From: an uncultured Chloroflexia bacterium
Lineage (GTDB): Bacteria > Chloroflexota > Limnocylindria > Limnocylindrales > CSP1-4
Direction of reading: 5' to 3'
Length of the DNA stretch: 64,000 nucleotides
Assembly: GCA_963752475.1 (NCBI GenBank)
Contig: CAVVYR010000008.1
Span: 544,001 to 608,000, forward strand
Both the position numbers and the translations under genes were made by a program. Positions 49,166-58,286 of this stretch are shown here, piece after piece. The notes under the pieces were generated by a model. It was not told where the DNA came from. It searched no databases and saw only the letters and a list, made by a program, of their open reading frames with translations. Every line of letters starts with the position of its first letter. Position 1 is the first letter of the stretch.

Positions 49166-49202
49166 AATCACCATGAATAGCGGGTTATGTCTGGTCGTCG
49201 CC
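49166..49202. repeat. Site B13 (right end truncated; right boundary of array)
   Basis: AATCACCATGAATAGCGGGTTATGTCTGGTCGTCGCC, then unrelated sequence. Confidence 0.85.
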
Positions 49203-49329
49203 CCTGAGGGATGACCGTCGGTCCTCAGGTGACCCGGACTCGGGGCGCTGACCTGCTCCTGCTCAGGCAGGGGACTGGGAGCAGGAGGCTCTCGTTGTCT
49301 CGGATGAGGGTCTCGGTGGGACTCTCTTC

Positions 49330-50330
49330 CCGTGCAGCGGGCCGCGAGGGGACAGGCGGCACAGGCCGACCCGAAGCTGGCCTCGGCCGCCCGGCGGCGT
49401 CGGGCCCGCAGCGGGACGGACAGCGCGGCCGGGCAGGTGACCGTGGCCGCCTCGCGGTCGATGGCGAAGTCATCCTTGCTGAAGCGGCCACCCAGGGCGA
49501 CCGACGGCTGCACCTTGATGCGCGGCTCGGCTGCGGCGGTCTCGAGCGTCTCGAGCAGTGCGCCACTGCCGTAGCCGGCATCGCCGTAGACGACGGGTGG
49601 CACGCCGGGGCCGGGCTCGCGGGCTTCGAGCTCGGCCTCGAGCAGCTCGGGTGCGACCGCCGCATCGCCGCCGTTGCCCGGCGTCACGGCCGTCGCGGTC
49701 ACGATCTCGCTGTCGGGGTCGATCGCGACGTGGCCCTTGTAGCCGTCGAAGCTGCGGGCCTGGGTCTTGTGCCCGTGGCGGGCATCGGGATCGACCGTGC
49801 TGACGATCCGGTCGGGCGCCACCCGCCGGGCGATGCGGAAGGTGCCCTCGCCGTCGGTCTCGAGGTCCTGGCCCAGCAGCGTCGCGAGCAGCGCGGCGGC
49901 CTCGGCGAGGGGCGCGTCGATGGCCTCGCCCTCGAGCGCGACGAGCAGCGCGCTGGCATCGGTCGCGACCGCATCGATGAGGGCCTCGCGCGCTGCGGCG
50001 TCCTCCCAGTCGATGGCGGGCTTGCCGCCGCTTCGATAGTCGTCGTCACGCCCGAGGAGGGAACGGAGCTCGTCCTCGCGCTCGCCCGCGACCCGGAGCA
50101 GGCCGCGGATGCCCGAGCGCAGGAGCGTGACGGTGTCCATCGTGGCCACCGCGTCATAGAGCGGCGTCGAGTCGAGCACCCGGCGGCGACCCACGAGGCC
50201 GGCCTCGCGGGCCGCGCCGAGGGCGACCTCGAAGATGCGCTCCGGATGTTCGGAACCCGCGAGGCGGGCACGCATGTCCACGAGCACGGTGTGGCTGAAG
50301 CCGGGATGGTCGAAGTCGAGCCCACCGCAG
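49330..50330 (-). pseudogene. IS1182-like transposase fragment, both ends missing
   Basis: LDSTPL.DAVAT.DT, VSTVDPDARHGHK, DGYKGH, YGDAGYG, VTCPA, C..CPL..RCT. Confidence 0.75.
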
Positions 50331-50379
50331 GGCGGACGGCCGCCGGGCGCCGCAGCGTGAGGACCTCGAGGGCTCCGGT

Positions 50380-51312
50380 TCCGCATCCGCTGCGTCCGGA
50401 CGCCTCACGAGGGCATCGCCGCGGCCTCGCGCTCGGGGCCAGCCGACCGCCTCCATCGCTGGCGACGACGCTACGCGGACGGTGGCATCGAGGCCCTGCG
50501 CCACGAACGGCGCGGTCCGTCCGGAGCGGCTCCCGGCCGATCGAGCGGGCGGTCATCGTGGTGCGCCTCCTGACGTACTGGAACAGCAAGCGCCTCGCCG
50601 CCGAGTTCACCCGTCGGGGCATCTACCCCTTGCGCCACCACGCGGTAGACACGCTGCTCGGCGAGTACGGTGCCGCACGGCCCGGGGTCCACCGCCCACG
50701 TGGCCCCGCGTACGAGCGCTCCGGCCCGACGAGCTCTGGCACATCGACATCAAGGGTCCCTTCTGGCTCCGACGGTCGGAGCACGAGCGCACGAAGGTTG
50801 GACGTCGGGCTCGTCGACGACCACAGCCGCTACCTCATCGGCCTGCGGGTGCTGCCCCGGCGGCCACCGAGCCCATCCTCGCCTGGTTCGACGAGTGCCT
50901 CGAGCTGGTGGGCATCCCGCTCGAGGTCTGAGCGACAACGGCAGCCCCTTCGCGACCTGGATGCCGGTACGCTCTTCGGCAAGACCCTCGAGCAGCTGCG
51001 CATCCGCCACGTCCGAACGCAGGTCAACTCGCCCTGGACGAACGGCAAGATCGAGCGCTTCTGGGGCGTGCTCCAGCGGAGTTGCTCGACCGCGAGCTGT
51101 TCCCCACGCCCGAGGCCGCGACGAGGGACTGATGCGCTTCGCGGTCTACTACGACTATCACCGGCTCCACGGCGAACTCGACTGGCAGACTCCCGCTGAG
51201 CGCTACGACGGCACGCCCTTCACCGATCTGGCTTCGAGCACGTGCCAGCGCTCCAGCACCTCCAGGACTGGTGACGAGTTGATGGCGCATGACTGATGTT
51301 CATAAGAAACTA
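50380..51312 (+). pseudogene. IS481-like transposase with multiple frameshifts
   Basis: 'RWRRRYADGG', 'PDELWHIDIKG', 'VDDHSRY', 'SDNG', 'PWTNGKIERFW', 'TPAERY' spread across frames. Confidence 0.8.
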
Positions 51313-51858
51313 GGCAGCGTCGCAGGAGTACGTCACGTTCGAGATGAGCGTCGAGCTCCCGTCACCGTTCGGTACGGCCTGGTTCGTGTCCAGCTCGTCG
51401 ATCGTGGCCGTGACCGGCAGCGTGCCCCCGGGGACGGACGTGAGCATGTTCGTCTCCCAGACCGGGTTGCCGGCCTCGTCCAGGATGCCTGCCCCGGCGT
51501 AGTCGAACAGGACCGTGCCCTCGCCACAACCCTCGACCTCGCCCGCGAAGAACACGGAGCCGCTGACCTCGAACGTGGCCTCGGCGAAGTTGCCGACCAT
51601 CGTGCCGTCCAGGACGGAGATACCGTCGAACGGGTCGGACCTGGTCTGCGGGTTCAAGAACGTGAGGGTCAGGATGGTGCCGTCTTCGCTGGCCTCACAG
51701 GCCGGTAGCCCGGCTGCGGAGCCCTGACCGTACTCGCACGTGATGTTCTCGCCGAAGGTGACGGCGCTCTCGGCCTCGGTCTGCGCCATGGCGGCGCCCG
51801 GCAGCAGTGCGGCCATGAGTCCGCCTGCGAGCAGGCTGGTGATCTTCCGCTTCTTCAC
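51310..51858 (-). CDS. Secreted acidic beta-rich hypothetical protein
   Basis: GTG start with GGAGAG RBS; KKRK-led signal peptide. Confidence 0.7.
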   Translation of the reverse strand: MKKRKITSLLAGGLMAALLPGAAMAQTEAESAVTFGENITCEYGQGSAAGLPACEASEDGTILTLTFLNPQTRSDPFDGISVLDGTMVGNFAEATFEVSGSVFFAGEVEGCGEGTVLFDYAGAGILDEAGNPVWETNMLTSVPGGTLPVTATIDELDTNQAVPNGDGSSTLISNVTYSCDAA

Positions 51859-52220
51859 GAAGCACTCTCCCATCCCCCGGACAGCCACGCGGTGTTGGAG
51901 CGGGAACCGCGCCTCGGCGCGACTGCGAGGAGGGAATGTACAGCGCGCAGGTGCGAGATGTCTACACGAACATCCTTCGCCGCCGACGGGACGACATGGA
52001 CGATCTCTGGACCCAACGCCCTCTACGCCGTCCTGCCAGAGGCCATCGAAGGCCAGGCCGTTCCTCGGCTCAGGGCACGTCGACCGGCCGCACCACGCCT
52101 GGAACTTGCCGTGGCCGCTGCTGAGCCAGGCCACGCCACAGACGTTGTGGACCCTTGCGCGGGTGGTCGCCGGTGGGCAATGTCACAGAGGAGTCACCGC
52201 TCTTGTCATACATTGTGTAG

Positions 52221-53018
52221 ATGGACATGCATCAGGAGCCGGGCCTCCGGCACCTAACCTACGATCAGCTCGTCGCCTCGACGGCCGACCACGAATGTGA
52301 CGGCATCGGGCGAGACCACATCTGTGTCAGGATCGCCGCGGTCGCGGACCTGCCCACCAAGTTCGGGAACTTCCACATCGTCGGCTTCTGGAACGACCGC
52401 GATGGCAAGGACCACGTGGCCATCGTCAAGGGCGACCCCTTCGGCGTGGAGGACGTGCCCGTCCGAATGCACAGCGAGTGCCTCACGGGCGACGCCCTCG
52501 GTTCGCTTCGCTGCGACTGCCGCGACCAGTTGACCTCCGCGCTGCGCACCATCGGTGAGCAGGAGACCGGCATGGTCCTGTACCTCCGTCAGGAGGGTCG
52601 CGGCATCGGCCTGCTGAACAAGCTGCGCGCCTATGGCCTGCAGGACGAAGGCCTCGACACCGTCGACGCCAACCTCGCCCTCGGCTTCCGTGACGACGAG
52701 CGCGACTACTCGGTCGCGGCTCACATGCTGGGCTTGCTCCAGGTGCGCTCGGTCAAGCTCATGACCAACAACCCCCGCAAGATCGAGGGGTTGCGCGAGC
52801 TGGGCGTGACCGTGAGCGGCCGCCAGCCGCACATCATCCCGGCCAACGAACACAACCAGTTCTACCTCGAGACGAAGGCCGAACGTTCCGGCCACCTCAT
52901 CGACTTCGACGGCCATGAGCACCTGCTCGAGCAGATCGATCGACCGGTGGTCGACGGCATGGATGACGAGGTGGTCGAGGCCATCAGCACGCTCGATGCG
53001 GTGGAGGTGCGGGCATGA
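52221..53018 (+). CDS. ribA: GTP cyclohydrolase II
   Basis: VRMHSECLTGD...S.RCDC, QEGRGIGL.NK, TNNPRK. Confidence 0.93.
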   Translation: MDMHQEPGLRHLTYDQLVASTADHECDGIGRDHICVRIAAVADLPTKFGNFHIVGFWNDRDGKDHVAIVKGDPFGVEDVPVRMHSECLTGDALGSLRCDCRDQLTSALRTIGEQETGMVLYLRQEGRGIGLLNKLRAYGLQDEGLDTVDANLALGFRDDERDYSVAAHMLGLLQVRSVKLMTNNPRKIEGLRELGVTVSGRQPHIIPANEHNQFYLETKAERSGHLIDFDGHEHLLEQIDRPVVDGMDDEVVEAISTLDAVEVRA

Positions 53019-53716
53019 GCGAGCGGCGTGTGGCCATGGTCACCGGTGCCAGTGGTGGTCTTGGCCGAGTGCTCGTCCCGGACCTCGCCGGCGACGACTG
53101 GGACGTCGTCCTGGTGGGCTCTTCGCAGTCCCGGCTCGACGGGCTCGTGGCTGATTCCGGGCTCGATGCCACGAACGTGGCCACCATCGAGGCTGACCTG
53201 CGTGACCAGTCTGCGGCCACCGCGGCCATCGACGCGGCCTACGACCGCTTCGGGCGGGTCGATGCCCTCGCCCACCTCGTTGGCGGCTGGACCGGCGGCA
53301 TGCACGTGGGTCGCTCGCCCGACGACCCCTACCGCGACATGATCGACCAGCATTTCTGGACCTCACTCAACGTCGTGCGCGAGCTGGCGCCCCGCATGAT
53401 CGACGCCGGCTTCGGCCGCATCGCTGCGGTCTCCTCGCCCATGGCGGCTGCGCCGGAGGCGGGCATGAGTGCCTACGGTGTCGGCAAAGCTGCGCAGGAG
53501 ACGCTGTTCCGGGCCCTCGCGCAGGAGGTTTCCGGCACCGGCGTGACCGTCAACGTCGTGCGGGTGCGGGCCATCGACACCTCGGCCGGAGCGGCTGGGT
53601 CGGACAAGGCCGACGCGACCTCGCCCGCCGAGATCTCCGCCGCCATCCGCTATCTCTTCAGCGACGCTGCGCGCGTGGTCAACGGCGACCACCTCGGGTT
53701 GCACGGGGGGCGTTGA
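53015..53716 (+). CDS. SDR-family oxidoreductase
   Basis: TGASGGLG, Y...K (YGVGK). Confidence 0.88.
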   Translation: MSERRVAMVTGASGGLGRVLVPDLAGDDWDVVLVGSSQSRLDGLVADSGLDATNVATIEADLRDQSAATAAIDAAYDRFGRVDALAHLVGGWTGGMHVGRSPDDPYRDMIDQHFWTSLNVVRELAPRMIDAGFGRIAAVSSPMAAAPEAGMSAYGVGKAAQETLFRALAQEVSGTGVTVNVVRVRAIDTSAGAAGSDKADATSPAEISAAIRYLFSDAARVVNGDHLGLHGGR

Positions 53717-53843
53717 CAGAACGCCACACCCGACTGACGGGACCCTGTACTTCAGCCGGGTCGGGGCGTAGCCTTGCCTGCGCCGGGCGGCCCGCGGCCC
53801 TCGCTCATCCCGCTGCCTGACCTGCCCGGCCCGAGGAGACGAG

Positions 53844-54911
53844 ATGGACGCTTCCCTGATCCGGCCCCGCCTCGTGGCGCTCGGCGTCGGTACCGTGCTG
53901 GCCGGCTCCGCGCTCGGCGTGGCAGCCACCTCCGCGGCCAGCGACTGCACCTACACGTTCCCGGATGGCGGCGGCACCTATGACAAGGTCGTCAAGTCCG
54001 GCCAGACCATCTGCGGCGGCCCCGGTGACGACACGGTCCTGAAGATGAACGGGGGCCGCTTCCTGGGCTACGGTGGCAACGACCACGTCGACGAGAAGAA
54101 GGCCGGCCGCTTCATCGGCGGCGCCGGCGCCGACTCTGTCGGGACGCACCTCGATGGCGTCTTCCTCGGCGGACGGGGCCCCGACCACGTGGAGATCCTG
54201 CGCAACGGTCTCTACGACGGCGGCAAGGGCAACGACACCGCCGGTCGACAGCACAGCGGCTACTTCATCGGCGGCAACGGTCACGACAGTCTGGCCGTCC
54301 TGCTCAACGGCACCTTCTCGGGCGGCGCGCACAACGACAGCATCACCGAGGAGCACCGCCAGGGCGTCTTCGCGGCCGGGCCCGGCAACGATTCCTCGGC
54401 CAGGCAGACCGGCGGCACCACTCGCGGCGGCTCAGGCTTCGACCGGGTCGAGGTGATGAGCGGGAACGCCGTCTTCAACGGCGGGCCGCACCGCGACATC
54501 GTGGTCGAGCTTCTCGGCTCTGCCCGCTTCTCCGGCAACAAGGGCAACGACCTCGTCGAGGATCGGCTGGGCAACAGGGCCTGGTTCTTCGGTGGGCCGG
54601 GGCATGACGGCGTCTTCCGCATGACCGACTCGGCCAGGTTCGCCGGGGGCGAGGATCGCGACACCGTCGAGTGGATGTACGACTTCGCTGTCTTCAACGG
54701 TGGCCCCAAGGCCGACGCCGTGGCCCACCAACTCGGCGGGGTCTTCGCCGGCAACAAGGGCCCCGACAGCGTCGGTGATGACGACCTCTTCTACGGCTTG
54801 TGGGCCGGCCTTGCCAACGGCGGCCCAGGCGGCGACACGATCAACGCCTGCACCGGCGGTAGCGGAACGCACACGCGCTTCGAGATCGAGACGACCACGA
54901 CCTGTCCATAG
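53844..54911 (+). CDS. Secreted Gly-rich repeat protein (F.GG.G.D.V; RTX-like beta-roll)
   Basis: Signal peptide; many tandem F.GG.G.D repeats. Confidence 0.78.
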   Translation: MDASLIRPRLVALGVGTVLAGSALGVAATSAASDCTYTFPDGGGTYDKVVKSGQTICGGPGDDTVLKMNGGRFLGYGGNDHVDEKKAGRFIGGAGADSVGTHLDGVFLGGRGPDHVEILRNGLYDGGKGNDTAGRQHSGYFIGGNGHDSLAVLLNGTFSGGAHNDSITEEHRQGVFAAGPGNDSSARQTGGTTRGGSGFDRVEVMSGNAVFNGGPHRDIVVELLGSARFSGNKGNDLVEDRLGNRAWFFGGPGHDGVFRMTDSARFAGGEDRDTVEWMYDFAVFNGGPKADAVAHQLGGVFAGNKGPDSVGDDDLFYGLWAGLANGGPGGDTINACTGGSGTHTRFEIETTTTCP

Positions 54912-54936
54912 ACCGGTCGCGTTCGGTCCAGGGCGG

Positions 54937-55746
54937 TCAGGCCGGCGCGACGCGCTCGAGCCAATCGGTGAGGTCGCTGATGACCTCGTCGCGGTTGGCG
55001 TCGTTGAGCACCTCGTGACGTCCGTCTTCATACAGGTGGATGGTGACGTCGTCGGTGGGCATGTCCCCGACGGCCTGGAGCGAGCGCTGATAGGGCACGA
55101 ATGGGTCACTCGTTCCGTGGAACAGCGCCACCGGCATCGTGAGCAGGTCGTTGTTCCGGGCGAATCGGTCAAGCGCCACGACCTCGGCTTCGAGCAGCCC
55201 TCGCTTGTACTGGCCGTGGTAGACGAGCTCGTCCGCGGCGTAGGCCGCGCCGGCCGCCGGGTCACGTGAGATAGCCAGTGGGTCGTATTCGACCCGCGGC
55301 AACTGCGGCGCAGCGAGCACTTCGCGCGCCCAGGTCCAGTCACCGATGACGGCGCCACAGAAGCCGACACCGGCGACCTCGGCCGGCCAGCGTTGGGCGA
55401 AGCGGGCCGAGAGCAGGCCACCCATGGAGTGGCCGACGAGCAACAGCGGAAGGCCGGGGTGCTCCGTGCGTGCGATGTCGGCCAGCGTGTGCAGATCGTC
55501 GGTCACATGCTCGAAGTCGGTGATGAGGGCACGTTCGCCTTCCGAGCGCCCGTGACCGATATGGTCGTCGGCGTAGACCACGGCGCCACGGGCGTTGAGC
55601 GCCGCGGCCACATGTCCGTACCGTCCTCCATGCTCAGCGTAGCCATGGACGATGAGCACGATCCGGACAGGTGGATCGGCGGGCTCCCAGCGGTGGTAGT
55701 GGATCCGGCCCTCGCTGCCGGCGAAGGTCGACTCGGTCATGGTCAT
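54937..55746 (-). CDS. Lysophospholipase-like alpha/beta hydrolase
   Basis: HGYAEH.GRY, GHGRS, GHSMGG, HEVLN. Confidence 0.9.
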   Translation of the reverse strand: MTMTESTFAGSEGRIHYHRWEPADPPVRIVLIVHGYAEHGGRYGHVAAALNARGAVVYADDHIGHGRSEGERALITDFEHVTDDLHTLADIARTEHPGLPLLLVGHSMGGLLSARFAQRWPAEVAGVGFCGAVIGDWTWAREVLAAPQLPRVEYDPLAISRDPAAGAAYAADELVYHGQYKRGLLEAEVVALDRFARNNDLLTMPVALFHGTSDPFVPYQRSLQAVGDMPTDDVTIHLYEDGRHEVLNDANRDEVISDLTDWLERVAPA

Positions 55747-55756
55747 GTGCGGCTGA

Positions 55757-56392
55757 TCACTCGAACAACGTACGCACCTGCTCGGCCATGGCCGCGCCCA
55801 GGCGCGCACACGATTCCGGGCCCAGGTGGATGCCATCGTCGGGGTGCGCCGAGGCCACCGAGCCGGCATCGAAGAACGCGGCACCGTGGTCCGCTGCCAC
55901 GAGCTGGTACATGCCGGCCAGTCGACGCGAGGTCTCGATCGCGGCACCGAAGCCCCACATCTCGCTCTGGGCCGTGAGCGGCCCGATGGGCACAGGCGAC
56001 ACGAGCAGCACCTGCGGCGGTGTGTCGTCCGGCCCCGCGAGCGTGCCCTTGGCCTCGTCGACCAGCCGAGCCGCTCCACAGGCGATCTCGGCCGCGGTGT
56101 TGTCATAGATGCGCTTGAGGTCGTTGGTGCCAAGCATGATGATCACGAGATCGACCGGCGCGTGCGTGAGCAGGCAGGGGTAGAGGTACGTGAGTCCGTT
56201 GCGGCCCCTCTCGATGGGTGCGTCCCAGACGGTACAGCGGCCGTTGAGGCCCTCTTCGATGACCTCGTAGCCGTCCCCCAGGGCGCCGGCCATCACGCGC
56301 GGCCAGCGTCGTTCTCGCGGTAGGCGTCCGGGTCCCGAGGGGTTCGCGCCGTGGGTGTTGGAGTCGCCGAAGCAGACGATGGTGCGGGTCAT
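55757..56392 (-). CDS. SGNH/GDSL hydrolase
   Basis: FGDSNT, EEGLNGR, LGTND, DGIH. Confidence 0.9.
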   Translation of the reverse strand: MTRTIVCFGDSNTHGANPSGPGRLPRERRWPRVMAGALGDGYEVIEEGLNGRCTVWDAPIERGRNGLTYLYPCLLTHAPVDLVIIMLGTNDLKRIYDNTAAEIACGAARLVDEAKGTLAGPDDTPPQVLLVSPVPIGPLTAQSEMWGFGAAIETSRRLAGMYQLVAADHGAAFFDAGSVASAHPDDGIHLGPESCARLGAAMAEQVRTLFE

Positions 56393-57531
56393 GCCGATAC
56401 CTCCTTGAAGCGGTCGATGCGGAACATCTCGATGTCATGGCCGGTGCCGCCGTCGAGCGCCAGGTCGGCGGCGATCTCCCCGACCACCGTCGAGAACTTG
56501 AAGCCGTGCCCGCTGCAGGGCGAGACGACCACGACCTCTGGCCTGTCGGGCAGCGTATCGATGATGAAGTGCTCATCGGGCGTCATCGTGAACATGCACG
56601 TCTTGAGCGAGAGCGCCGGTCCGTCGGCCTGCGGCAGATAGCGCGAGAGCGCCGACCGCAGCAGCGCTTCGTCCTCGGGCTCGATACGCGAGCGGTCCCA
56701 GTCATCCGGATCGACCGGTCGGCTGAGCCGCCCCATCTCTCCGATCTTCAAGCCCGGGATGCCGAACTCGGGGAAGCCGTAGAAGAGGCCCTCCTCGACG
56801 TCGAGGATGAACACCGGCAGCGCCTGCGGCGTGAACAGCTCCGGCTGCCTGGTGCCGGCCCAGAGCAGGACGCGCCGCTCGGGCACGGCCACCGGCGCCA
56901 GCTCGGATACCAGCTTGCCGACCCAGGCACCGGCGCTGATGATGAGCCGCCGGGCGCGGTACTCGGCCGTGGCCGTACGTACGGTCACCCCGCCATCACG
57001 GGCCTCCCACTCGGTCACGGGCTCGTGCCCGTGGATCTCGGCGCCGGCCGCCAGCGCAAGGCCCGCATGCCCGGCGATGGCACGCTCGGAGAGCACGAAA
57101 CCACCATCGGGCGAGTACACGCCGACGAGGTCGTCCGGCAGCTCCAGCCCCGGGAAGCGCGCGTGGATCTGACCAGCATCGAGGAGCTCGTGGTCCAGAC
57201 CGTGTTCGCGGGCGGAGGCCAGGGCGCCGACCACGGACTCTGCGTCAGGGCGCCCGGCATCGATCCCGCCGGTGTTGACGATGATGGTCTCCCCCAGGCG
57301 CTCGCCCAGCTCCTGCCAGCGCTCGTAGGCCCGACGCAGCAGGGGTACGTAGCGCGGATCTTCCGCGTAGGCCAGGCGGATGATGCGGTTGACGCCATGC
57401 GAGGAGCCGGTGTCATGCGGGATGCTCGATCGCTCCAGGCCCAGGACCCGGGCGCCACGGCCGGCCAACTCGGCCACCGCAGCACTGCCCATGCCGCCGA
57501 CCCCGACGACGATGACGTCGTACTCGTTCAT
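56389..57531 (-). CDS. solA: N-methyl-L-tryptophan oxidase / monomeric sarcosine oxidase
   Basis: GVGGMGS, GSSHG..RIIR.AY, CMFT.TPD..F, CSGHGFKF. Confidence 0.88.
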   Translation of the reverse strand: MNEYDVIVVGVGGMGSAAVAELAGRGARVLGLERSSIPHDTGSSHGVNRIIRLAYAEDPRYVPLLRRAYERWQELGERLGETIIVNTGGIDAGRPDAESVVGALASAREHGLDHELLDAGQIHARFPGLELPDDLVGVYSPDGGFVLSERAIAGHAGLALAAGAEIHGHEPVTEWEARDGGVTVRTATAEYRARRLIISAGAWVGKLVSELAPVAVPERRVLLWAGTRQPELFTPQALPVFILDVEEGLFYGFPEFGIPGLKIGEMGRLSRPVDPDDWDRSRIEPEDEALLRSALSRYLPQADGPALSLKTCMFTMTPDEHFIIDTLPDRPEVVVVSPCSGHGFKFSTVVGEIAADLALDGGTGHDIEMFRIDRFKEVSA

Positions 57532-57602
57532 GCACCTACCCCCGGTCGACCACGAAGACCGGGGGTACGGCCCGGCCTTCGTCGTGCGGTCACGACTCGC
57601 GG

Positions 57603-58031
57603 CTACATGCCGTCGATGGTGGACTCGTTGGCGGCTTCATCAGCTGCTGCGAAGGCGTCGCGGATGTCCTCGCGGCTGGTGTACCAGAGGAGCAGTGCGG
57701 GGATTGCGGCAGCGGCCAGGCCGTAGGCCACGTTCTGCGTGGCGATGAGCACGAACATCGCGTCGACCAGTCCGAAGACGGCCATGATCATCGTGAAGAT
57801 GAGCGCCCACGGTCGCATCGACCAGAGGGCCCAGCCGACGCCCAGGTAGATGGCGCCGATGACGACGGTCAGGATGCCGACCCAGATGACGCCGGTACCG
57901 TCCCACCTCTGGTCACCGAAGACGCCCACGCCGAGCAGCTGCAGTCCGACGAGCAGGCGAACGATGGCGATGGCGATGGCCAGCGCGCCGAGGACGAGTA
58001 CGCCGAAGGGGCGCTTGTTCACGCTTTCCAT
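57603..58031 (-). CDS. Hypothetical 4-TM membrane protein
   Basis: 'RP.GV.VL' N-terminus; GGAGG RBS. Confidence 0.7.
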   Translation of the reverse strand: MESVNKRPFGVLVLGALAIAIAIVRLLVGLQLLGVGVFGDQRWDGTGVIWVGILTVVIGAIYLGVGWALWSMRPWALIFTMIMAVFGLVDAMFVLIATQNVAYGLAAAAIPALLLWYTSREDIRDAFAAADEAANESTIDGM

Positions 58032-58286
58032 GTGGACCTCCTGAGCAGGTTCGAACCCCGTGCGTTCGAGGGGAGGGCGCGTTTCACGTCGCACGCTGGG
58101 TCCTAGCCTATCGCAGCGTCACACGTGCAGGAGCGGCGATCACCGTCCTCGATGTGCTGAGGCGCCAACCGGGGTCGCCGTGCCATTCGCTATGCTGCGC
58201 GACGATCGAGACCGACCGACAGGGGATCAGGAGGCAGCGCCATGGCCGACCGTCATGAAGCTCGCCAACGGGGAGCAGGCCTCGCC

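Larger units (their letters stand above)
31608..49202. other. Array of 16 gene cassettes (15 predicted secreted) separated by a modular riboswitch/promoter/hairpin repeat
   Basis: 13 copies plus one half-copy of a 46-bp site and 13 riboswitch-like units, interleaved with single genes. Confidence 0.85.

Noticed and set aside
31608-49202. CRISPR array
   Set aside because: Repeats are separated by 0.8-3.5 kb gene-bearing segments, not 30-40 bp spacers, and no cas genes are present.
31608-49202. Classical integron with attC sites
   Set aside because: No RYYYAAC...GTTRRRY complementary ends and no intI in the window; cassettes carry their own regulatory modules.
49211-51199. 662-aa plus-strand ORF
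   Set aside because: Mostly antisense to the IS1182 fragment, plus pieces of the frameshifted IS481 transposase.
51936-52257. Short ORFs or an FMN riboswitch upstream of ribA
   Set aside because: No FMN riboswitch consensus seen, and the competing short ORFs lack support.
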